From a virus (Duplodnaviria > Caudoviricetes): a stretch of 64,000 bases of DNA. Under the pieces are notes generated by a model. That model ran no database searches. It was not told where the DNA came from and saw nothing but the letters and a program-made list of their open reading frames with translations. Position numbers and translations under genes: made by a program. This document shows positions 19,238-27,207 of the stretch, in pieces. Within the stretch, counting starts at the first letter, position 1; each line of letters begins with the position of its first letter. The stretch is from IMG/VR virus record IMGVR_UViG_3300013368_000005, positions 64,001 through 128,000 of that record; one strand, written 5' to 3'.

Positions 19238-20011
19238 TTATTTATATAAAATAGTCCATCTAAAGCCACCAACAAAACTTCCTGAATTACCTACAAATAT
19301 ATTTGTAGCATCAGCTCTAATCCATGTTTCGCCTAAATATCCTTGAGGATTTTCAATAGGCATAATCATTATATTTGTTGGTGTAAATGATAATCCATGG
19401 GCTATAGTAACTTCATTATTACTTCCAGCAAAATTTGCTATACCACTTTTATCTGTTATTTTTTGACTTAATTTTTCTGCTATTGAAGTAGCAAAATTAG
19501 GATCTTCTCCTAATGCTTTAGCTAATTCAGATAATGTATTTAATGTCTCAGGCGAAGAATCAATTAAATTAGTAATTGCTGTTTCTACCCCTTCAGTTAT
19601 TTTAGCATCTGTTTCCGTTTTATTATAGTAATCAACTAAAACGTTTGCTATTATCTCTTCTACTGTTAATTGAGGTTTGTTTAGATTAGGTACACCTTTA
19701 AATGCAATAAAATTAAATACTGTATCTATACCTGTAGTCCCCCAATCATTTCCTAAAGACATTATAGCTGTACCTTCTGGATTTATTGTGTATGACGTTT
19801 CAGGAATATATTTACCAGCAATAAATACAAATAATAAATCATAATTAATATTAAAATTTTCTATACCAATATTTACACTAGGTGCAGTTCCTGTAATAGT
19901 AATATTATTTTTTCTATATCCTATAATACCAGTAGCAGCAGCTTTTTCAAATTGCATAAATAAATCATTGCTTATTTCGTGACCTGTTACTTTTCCTCCT
20001 ATACTAGCCAT
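19238..20011 (-). CDS. tail fibre protein
   Basis: Classic fibre motif LIDSSPETLNTLSELAKALGEDPNFAT; C-terminal TIAHGLSFTP beta domain; late motif at 20038-20049. Confidence 0.85.
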   Translation of the reverse strand: MASIGGKVTGHEISNDLFMQFEKAAATGIIGYRKNNITITGTAPSVNIGIENFNINYDLLFVFIAGKYIPETSYTINPEGTAIMSLGNDWGTTGIDTVFNFIAFKGVPNLNKPQLTVEEIIANVLVDYYNKTETDAKITEGVETAITNLIDSSPETLNTLSELAKALGEDPNFATSIAEKLSQKITDKSGIANFAGSNNEVTIAHGLSFTPTNIMIMPIENPQGYLGETWIRADATNIFVGNSGSFVGGFRWTILYK

Positions 20012-20053
20012 ATTATTTCACTCCTTCATTTATATATTATTATAATGTTAAAA

Positions 20054-20077
20054 TTGGGTAGGATTAATCCTACCCAA
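20054..20077 (-). terminator. terminator (perfect 24-bp palindrome)
   Basis: TTGGGTAGGATT|AATCCTACCCAA after the rSAM pair. Confidence 0.75.
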
Positions 20078-20096
20078 CTATACTTATTATATAATA

Positions 20097-21005
20097 TCAT
20101 ATTTGTAATAGTTGTTGATAATAATCATATACTTTTTTTCTCATATTATATACTATGATATTACTCTCTTCTAATGTATGTTGTGTTTTGATAATTTTAT
20201 AATTTAAGTCTTTAGATGATGTATAATCATTACTATTTCTACCATAAGTTTCGCCTATAACTTTACCAGATGAATCTTTAACATATGTTCTGATATCATT
20301 TTTAGGAGGTGGCACTAGAAAATCTGATATTTGTATACCTTCAAGTTTATTTGATATAATATCATGAGCTAAATCATGCATTTCAGACAGATATCTATTT
20401 AAATAATTTTCATCTACAGACATTGTAGATTCTATAATACCTATATTCATTCTACACCTTATGCCTTTTTCATGTAGTTCATGAATACTTTCTCTTAAAA
20501 AAGCTATATTATACGGATGAGTAACAATATGCATATTGTAATTAATACCATTTCTATTTAACTTATCTATATTTTCTATTACTTTATCAAATGTATTCTC
20601 ATGTGTATCCTTAAATACTCTAAGCTGATTGGCAATTTTATTACCGTCTAAACTTATAGAAAATACTATATTTTTATTCTCTTTAAGAAATTTAATGTGT
20701 TCATCTTCTAATATAGTGCCATTAGTTGTAATATATATTGTATTTACTATATTATTAAATGAAGTGTTTCTTTCGGTAAGTTCTATCCATTCATATGCAC
20801 TTTTAATATTATCAAAAGCTAACATTGGTTCTCCACCTAGAAATTCTATATTAAATCTTTTATTATGACCAGCGAAATTGTATATATTATTTATTAAGTC
20901 TTCGATTTCTTCTTTACAATATATAGATTCTTTATCTTTTTCGTAACAATATTTACAATTACAATTACATTCCTTGGTTACATGAATGACATAAGTTTCT
21001 ATCAT
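20097..21005 (-). CDS. radical SAM protein lacking a SPASM domain
   Basis: CNCNCKYC (CxxxCxxC), GGEP, TTNGT, SISLDG; no C-terminal Cys cluster. Confidence 0.9.
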   Translation of the reverse strand: MIETYVIHVTKECNCNCKYCYEKDKESIYCKEEIEDLINNIYNFAGHNKRFNIEFLGGEPMLAFDNIKSAYEWIELTERNTSFNNIVNTIYITTNGTILEDEHIKFLKENKNIVFSISLDGNKIANQLRVFKDTHENTFDKVIENIDKLNRNGINYNMHIVTHPYNIAFLRESIHELHEKGIRCRMNIGIIESTMSVDENYLNRYLSEMHDLAHDIISNKLEGIQISDFLVPPPKNDIRTYVKDSSGKVIGETYGRNSNDYTSSKDLNYKIIKTQHTLEESNIIVYNMRKKVYDYYQQLLQI

Positions 21006-21018
21006 AATTATTCACCAC

Positions 21019-22557
21019 CTAGAGATTTTTTATTATTTGCGTAAGAGCTTCAGGTATCAATTCTGTTACACTAGTATACATATCTTCAATTTTATTATTT
21101 AAGAATTGCTTTTCTAAAATTAATCCAGTATATTCTTCGATAGTTAAACCTTCTTCTTCAGCACGTTCTAATATTTTATTATAAGTAGATTTAGCTAATT
21201 TTATTGTAACAATATTATCTGATTTAATCTCAACTTTATTAGCTGATATCATATCTGCTTTGAGTGTAAACTTATTATTAGTCTCTTCGCTATCTATTAA
21301 ATTAAATTGTGTACCTCTTGAATCACATAAACATGCTGGGTTGTCTGGATTATTTCCTATGGTTGAACTTATTTTATTATCTTTTCTATCTAATACTCCC
21401 AATTTATAATACTCCTCTACTTCTTTTTTTATATATGATTGTATTTCTTTTTCTATTTTACTCATTTGACATCTATACCCTCTAGATACAGATAATATAG
21501 AACCATTTTCACAAAGATTTTCTGCTATACATCTATAACAATGATAGCAGTCACAATCTGGATCATCTATTTTACAACTTAAATCATTATTATCATACTC
21601 TACGAATAATAATCTTTTTTGATCGTCTATACCATCAAATATATTACCTATTATATATTGTCTTTCTGGATCATTAAAATATATATGATGACAAGGTGAA
21701 ATATCTCCATTGGCAGTAATAGTAATAAAACTATTACCAGCTCCACAAGGTTTATTCGAAAAATCACAAGCATTAGATAAACTTCTGTCTAATGGTGCAT
21801 AATTTCTTATTTCATTTAAATTACCTTCCTTTTCTACTCTATTTAATATATAGTCTGCTATTTTGCCTAATTGTTCTTTATACATATTAACATCTTTTTG
21901 AGTCCAATCATTACTATGAATAGGCATAAACCATATATGTTTTAAACCCCAATCTTCTCTAAAGAATTTATAACTTTCAAATAAATATTTCATAGAAAAA
22001 TCATTTAAACATCCATGTATGCTTAAATTATCAGGTTTATTTTTGAAAAGATTTTTCCATTTAGGGATATTCTTTTCTACTATTTGAAAACTACCTTTTT
22101 TATTATGTGTTATTCTAAAAGCATCTTGAACTTTTTGAATACCATCTACAGATAATTGAACAGTAAGATTAACGTTATATATTCCTTTACTAAGTATTCT
22201 TTCTAATTCTGTTGTCAGTATGGTACCATTTGTTATCATATTCATAGACACGGGTATCTTTGTTATACTACTTATAGCACTAGCTTCATCGATTATAAAT
22301 TCCAATATCTCTGGCTCTAATGTTGGCTCTCCTCCAAATAATAATATATTTACCCGTTGCTCTCCAAATCCATTATCTATATTTTTTTTCGCATTGTCAA
22401 ATAAGAATTTAATACCTTGATTAGCAACTTCATAAGACATTTTATTCTTATTATGTTTTTCGAAACAATATGAGCAAGCTAGATTACAATTTTCTGTAAC
22501 TAGAAAACTTGCTGCAGTGGGTTGTAAAATCTTTTTAATGTCGATTATTTTTATCAT
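21019..22557 (-). CDS. radical SAM/SPASM peptide maturase-like enzyme with C-terminal extension
   Basis: CNLACSYC, FGGEP, TNGT, SVDG; SPASM PCGAG...GDISPCH...IGNI...CDCYHCYRC...C; late motif at 22577-22588. Confidence 0.93.
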   Translation of the reverse strand: MIKIIDIKKILQPTAASFLVTENCNLACSYCFEKHNKNKMSYEVANQGIKFLFDNAKKNIDNGFGEQRVNILLFGGEPTLEPEILEFIIDEASAISSITKIPVSMNMITNGTILTTELERILSKGIYNVNLTVQLSVDGIQKVQDAFRITHNKKGSFQIVEKNIPKWKNLFKNKPDNLSIHGCLNDFSMKYLFESYKFFREDWGLKHIWFMPIHSNDWTQKDVNMYKEQLGKIADYILNRVEKEGNLNEIRNYAPLDRSLSNACDFSNKPCGAGNSFITITANGDISPCHHIYFNDPERQYIIGNIFDGIDDQKRLLFVEYDNNDLSCKIDDPDCDCYHCYRCIAENLCENGSILSVSRGYRCQMSKIEKEIQSYIKKEVEEYYKLGVLDRKDNKISSTIGNNPDNPACLCDSRGTQFNLIDSEETNNKFTLKADMISANKVEIKSDNIVTIKLAKSTYNKILERAEEEGLTIEEYTGLILEKQFLNNKIEDMYTSVTELIPEALTQIIKNL

Positions 22558-22611
22558 AAATATCTCCTCCCTTGATTATAATAATGTTTGTCCCATGATA
22601 TAATAATAAAA

Positions 22612-22643
22612 ATTACAAGATACCAATTAAGGTATCTTGTAAT
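22612..22643 (-). terminator. intrinsic terminator
   Basis: ATTACAAGATACC-AATTAA-GGTATCTTGTAAT. Confidence 0.8.
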
Positions 22644-22645
22644 GA

Positions 22646-23494
22646 TTAGCAAGTAGCAACCCAACTTGTTCCATTATAATATTTCATAATACCATTTTTC
22701 CAACCTAAATTATAAGGTTGAGGTACATTTGATGTTACCCATGAACTCCCATTCCATACATGACAACCAGATCTATAAGTTGCATCCCAGCCTTCTTCTG
22801 CTTGTAAATCCGATTCATAACTTCCATTTAATGAAGACACTGCAAATTGAATACCATCATAAGCACCAGCAGCACTATTAACAGGAAAGTCATATCGATT
22901 ACTTACAACAGTACTTTGATAACTCCAATTGGCATTCCATGTTCCAGTAGAATGATTATAATATCTAGCATATACTTTATATCCAGTTGCTCCAGATGCT
23001 CCAGTAAAGGTAACTCTCATTTCTTCTCCTTTATTGAATAATCCTGAAACAGATACGTTTGATGGTTTGTTTGGAATTGTTTGAATTTGATCTAATGTAA
23101 CAGTTTTTCCTACACTCATCGTTCCTATCCAAACACCTGTATAAGTAATTTCTATAGCAAATGTTGCTGCTAGATCTACTGAACGAGATCCATCTGAATT
23201 ATGAGGCACTGTAGCTGTTCTAGTAACTAATACATTTTGCCAAATTTGACTATCATCATTTCTATCTGGAACAGATTTACTAAAATTTTGCGTACTTCCA
23301 TTTATTGTGGTTGTTCCATTTTTTACTAATCCCCATGTACTTACAGAACTACTTTCCATTATTACTGAAATTGTTACAGAGGATGAATTAGTAGCTTGAT
23401 TTGGAGTTGATGACCATTGAATACCTAATCTAACATTATATCTCTCTAAAGCAGAACCACCATAATACCCACTCCAAAATATTCCACTAGCCAT
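22646..23494 (-). CDS. tail-associated structural protein (DUF859-like N-domain plus FN3-like domain)
   Basis: NQATNSSSVT...TATVPHNSDGSRSV motif typical of phage minor tail proteins; PNKPSNV...GATGYKVY is FN3-like; S/T/G/W-rich. Confidence 0.7.
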   Translation of the reverse strand: MASGIFWSGYYGGSALERYNVRLGIQWSSTPNQATNSSSVTISVIMESSSVSTWGLVKNGTTTINGSTQNFSKSVPDRNDDSQIWQNVLVTRTATVPHNSDGSRSVDLAATFAIEITYTGVWIGTMSVGKTVTLDQIQTIPNKPSNVSVSGLFNKGEEMRVTFTGASGATGYKVYARYYNHSTGTWNANWSYQSTVVSNRYDFPVNSAAGAYDGIQFAVSSLNGSYESDLQAEEGWDATYRSGCHVWNGSSWVTSNVPQPYNLGWKNGIMKYYNGTSWVATC

Positions 23495-23509
23495 AGATAT
23501 ACACCTCCT

Positions 23510-25090
23510 TTATATCCAACTTATCCACACATCTCCAGTTTTAGGGCTAGATGGTGCAGTTTTTTGTATCTTTATTTTACTATCTAATGTAGTTATTGTA
23601 TTATTTATAGTATTTACTTTACCATCCATTTCAGTTTTAGTATAATAACCACCAAATTTGTTATTTATAGTGGTTATCTTACCATCTATTTCACCTTTGG
23701 TATAATAATTACTTAGACTATTGGATAAGCTAGATATACTATTATTTATAGTATTTATCTTACTGTCTATATTCGCTTTATTATAATAATTATTAGCAAG
23801 ATTATCAGATAAGCTATCTATACTATTATTTATAGTATTTACTATATTATCTATCTCTAATTTAGTATAATAATCATTAAATTTTTCTATAGCACCAGTT
23901 ATCATATCTTGTATTTCTTTAGATAATGCTTCCCATGGTATAGAGCCAGGATCTATTATAGAGCCATCCACTCCTACTTCTGATATAGGAACGTTAACTA
24001 ATCCTATAATATTAAATACTGTTGGGTTTTCTGGTGTTCCTTCCCATATTTCTGTTTCAGGACATAATATATTAATACCATCTTCTGTAATTGTATAATC
24101 TTCATTTTCTGCTAAAAATACACTATTTTTGAATACTAGTAAAAAGTCAACACCCTTTCTAAATTTAATTCCTATTTCAATATAGTTTACATTTTGTGTT
24201 ATAGCTACAGTATTTTTTCTTGCTACAAATCCTCCATTAATTCCATCTTCTCCAGTAGCTATTACAATCCATCCTGTTCCATCAAACTGCTTTATAGCCT
24301 TAGCAGAAGTATCAAACCAGATGTCTCCTCTTATTCTATCATATGGTTCACTAACACTAACAATATATCTATATCCATTTACCATATCAGCATCTATTAC
24401 GCTATCATCTGATATAATTTGTGCATAATTAAATATATATGTTAATCTTTCATCTTGATTAATTACAGGATATGATTGAGAAAAAATAAGATTATAGTCC
24501 TCTGCAATAACATAATCTTCTGTTTTTACAAGTTCATCATTTCGTAATACAACCATTGGAAATTTAGTAAAATCATAACCAACAAAAGGCACAGGTATTC
24601 TAAATATTCTCTGAGCTGTTCTTTCAACAAAATAATGTTCCATTTGAGTTTTTAACTCAAATCTTTTTCCTTCTTTAATCATATCGTCTAAAACACTTGA
24701 TAATGGGGTACCATCATCATTAAATACTTGGCTTGTTAATGTTCTGGGAGCAGTAGCTATACCATTTTCCTCTATTGTCGCTGGAACTAGTTCTCTTAAT
24801 ATCGCACCACCTAATATAACATCATCTGTTATTCTCATCCAAGAATATTTAAATTTATAAGTCATATTTGTTTCTTTTACAAGATATATCATAGATAAGT
24901 CTGGTGTTTCAATTTGTTCTCTTTCATATTCAGTTGCTAATATGATAATATTTTCAACTAGAACTCTTTCAGCATTGTTATTATCTACGAATATTTCATT
25001 TGTGTCTGTACATTCAATAATCTGACCTGTAATTATAGGTATTTTTACTAATCCAGGTTTTAATGCAGATATATATTTTATTATAGTCAT
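23510..25090 (-). CDS. tail fibre protein
   Basis: YY[TN]Kx[EN]ID repeats x4, GDIWFDT and APSSPKTGDVWI motifs; domains shared with 19238..20011 and 27208..28413; late motif at 25120-25131. Confidence 0.8.
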   Translation of the reverse strand: MTIIKYISALKPGLVKIPIITGQIIECTDTNEIFVDNNNAERVLVENIIILATEYEREQIETPDLSMIYLVKETNMTYKFKYSWMRITDDVILGGAILRELVPATIEENGIATAPRTLTSQVFNDDGTPLSSVLDDMIKEGKRFELKTQMEHYFVERTAQRIFRIPVPFVGYDFTKFPMVVLRNDELVKTEDYVIAEDYNLIFSQSYPVINQDERLTYIFNYAQIISDDSVIDADMVNGYRYIVSVSEPYDRIRGDIWFDTSAKAIKQFDGTGWIVIATGEDGINGGFVARKNTVAITQNVNYIEIGIKFRKGVDFLLVFKNSVFLAENEDYTITEDGINILCPETEIWEGTPENPTVFNIIGLVNVPISEVGVDGSIIDPGSIPWEALSKEIQDMITGAIEKFNDYYTKLEIDNIVNTINNSIDSLSDNLANNYYNKANIDSKINTINNSISSLSNSLSNYYTKGEIDGKITTINNKFGGYYTKTEMDGKVNTINNTITTLDSKIKIQKTAPSSPKTGDVWISWI

Positions 25091-25142
25091 AATAACTCCT
25101 CCTTATTTAGTTTACTTATTATTATTATGTTTGCTGAAGACA

Positions 25143-25176
25143 AATAGAGTGTATATAATATTATATACACTCTATT
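25143..25176 (-). terminator. terminator (perfect 34-bp palindrome)
   Basis: AATAGAGTGTATATAAT|ATTATATACACTCTATT directly after the CXXX gene. Confidence 0.7.
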
Positions 25177-25178
25177 AT

Positions 25179-25895
25179 TTATCTTATAGAATTTAATAGT
25201 TTTATCAAAAATGTCATATCTGTCCGTTTAACTATTTCTGATGTACTCTTCTTTGTAGGTAAAGTTCCTCTTATAAATTGAGTTAATGGTATCATTGCAT
25301 CTATAAATTCATTATAATAATTTATATGCCAGATACAGGTGGAATCTATACCTACAAAAGAAAATGCTGTTAAATACTTATATATCCTAAATTCATTTAT
25401 TTTTTGTCTAAGTGAGATTACATCGTTTATAGTAATGTGTGTTTGTTCACCTATCTTCTTTTCTTGCCATGTAAAATTAGCTGGTCTAGGTTTTTGATCC
25501 TGTTGAATATTACACTGACATGCTATTTGACACATATCTTGACAATAGCTTTGACAAGTAGTTAAACATGCTTTTTCACATGTAAATTGACATAACATTT
25601 GACAATTTTCTTGGCAATTTAATTCACAACCAGTTTGACAAGCCGTTTGACAAACAGTTTGGCAAGTTTGACATCCTTGTCGTTCACATTGGCATACTGA
25701 CAAACATGTTGCTAAGCATGCTTCATTTACTAATTGACAAGCATTTTCACATTGATTGCATTCTGCCTCTATGTCCATACACATACATGTATTCATACAA
25801 GCATCTGAACAACTGCTATTTGCTAAAGTTACGTTATTAGAATCATTCAAGAAGTCAGGAATAGTTATTTCAGTACCTTTTAAAAAATCGCTCAT
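25179..25895 (-). CDS. CXXX-repeat protein fused to a tail-protein-like C-terminal domain; putative rSAM substrate
   Basis: 26 Cys in ~100 aa, including 12 consecutive Cxxx units; start refined to MSDFLK (AGGAGG RBS within the 3' end of the rSAM gene). Confidence 0.82.
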   Translation of the reverse strand: MSDFLKGTEITIPDFLNDSNNVTLANSSCSDACMNTCMCMDIEAECNQCENACQLVNEACLATCLSVCQCERQGCQTCQTVCQTACQTGCELNCQENCQMLCQFTCEKACLTTCQSYCQDMCQIACQCNIQQDQKPRPANFTWQEKKIGEQTHITINDVISLRQKINEFRIYKYLTAFSFVGIDSTCIWHINYYNEFIDAMIPLTQFIRGTLPTKKSTSEIVKRTDMTFLIKLLNSIR

Positions 25896-25900
25896 TTCGA

Positions 25901-27145
25901 TCACCTCCTGTTAAATTGAGTTTTAAATAATTCATTTGACTCACCTGCTAACGTATTCATTATATTTATCGATGTATCTAAGCATATATTATAAAATTTA
26001 CATAATATTTCTGGAACTATTGTTAAATCGCCACAGGAAAAATAATTGTTTATAGAGCAATACCCATCACATATATTATGGAGTCTGCATGTCTTACACC
26101 TTTTTGAATCAGAACACCTGACTTTTTTTACATCAAACGAGTTTATAATTTCCCATCTTTTATCATTATAGATTTCAGTGAATAAATTACCTATTATAAA
26201 TTTATCTCCATTTTCTCTGTTTCCTACCATTTCTTGGCAAGAATATATTTCTCCATCGGGACCTATTGATGCAAATCTATTAGAACCTAATCCGCATCTA
26301 CCATATGCAGGTGCATCTGTAGCATTTCTAAACGATGCAGTTTCATTAAATCTATTAATCTTTTTTATATTACCAAATGCATAATCAAATTGCGAAATAG
26401 ATATATCTCTACCTTCTCTTATTAATTCTATATACCAATTAGCAACTTCATTGATCGCTATTACTAGATCATTAACCTCTTGATTAGTCCATTTAGTAAA
26501 TACATTAACAATAAAAAATATATTATTATATCCTTTTTCTATAGCAAATTTACAATTATGCAATAATTGTTTACAATTATCATGATCTAATGTCATTCTA
26601 AAAGTCATATTAGGATTTAATTTTAGAGCTTTAGGGATATTATTTATTATTAAATCAAATGATGATTTTCCATTATGAAGAGGTCTATTTAAATCTTGTG
26701 TAGGTTTATCTCCATCAATACTGATCATAATTCCAATATTATTATCTTTTATAAATTGTAATCTTTCCTCATTCAATAATGTACCATTGGTCGTCATAGA
26801 TAATTGAAAATTATTATTACATTGCTTTCTAATATATTTAGTCAATGGTACAATTATTTCATCCCATTTGAGCATGGGTTCTCCACCAAAGAAATTGATA
26901 CTAGGAATGTCCCCTTGTATTTTAGAATTTTCTATAATAAAATCTACAGCTCTTTTTGCAGTATCATAAGACATTTCTTTAGCATATTGATCTATAAAAC
27001 AATACTTACATTTAAGATTACATTTTTGTGTAACATTGAGAAATATGGAAGTTATTAATGGTAAGTCTCCATCTTTCCATATTTGCTCTACTGTTCTAAA
27101 ATTATTATTTTCGCATTGTTGATTTACACATTGTTCACAATTCAT
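25901..27145 (-). CDS. radical SAM/SPASM peptide maturase-like enzyme
   Basis: CNLKCKYC, FFGGEP, TTNGT, SIDG; SPASM RCGLG...GEIYSCQ...CKTC...CDGYC...C; start refined to MNCEQC (AAGGTGG RBS). Confidence 0.93.
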   Translation of the reverse strand: MNCEQCVNQQCENNNFRTVEQIWKDGDLPLITSIFLNVTQKCNLKCKYCFIDQYAKEMSYDTAKRAVDFIIENSKIQGDIPSINFFGGEPMLKWDEIIVPLTKYIRKQCNNNFQLSMTTNGTLLNEERLQFIKDNNIGIMISIDGDKPTQDLNRPLHNGKSSFDLIINNIPKALKLNPNMTFRMTLDHDNCKQLLHNCKFAIEKGYNNIFFIVNVFTKWTNQEVNDLVIAINEVANWYIELIREGRDISISQFDYAFGNIKKINRFNETASFRNATDAPAYGRCGLGSNRFASIGPDGEIYSCQEMVGNRENGDKFIIGNLFTEIYNDKRWEIINSFDVKKVRCSDSKRCKTCRLHNICDGYCSINNYFSCGDLTIVPEILCKFYNICLDTSINIMNTLAGESNELFKTQFNRR

Positions 27146-27207
27146 ATTAATTACCACCTTTAAAAAATAATTAAAAAACCCATTACGAGTTTTTTAATTA
27201 TTATATT

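Noticed and set aside
18280-25895. Cys-rich proteins as secreted bacteriocin precursors
   Set aside because: No double-Gly leader, ABC/peptidase transporter or immunity gene nearby; the proteins are long and embedded in late tail operons. Not fully excluded
20097-27145. Annotating the rSAM genes as anaerobic sulfatase maturases or cofactor-biosynthesis enzymes
   Set aside because: No sulfatase or cofactor-pathway genes in the window; adjacent Cys-repeat ORFs and substrate-like motifs within the enzymes fit peptide/protein maturases better
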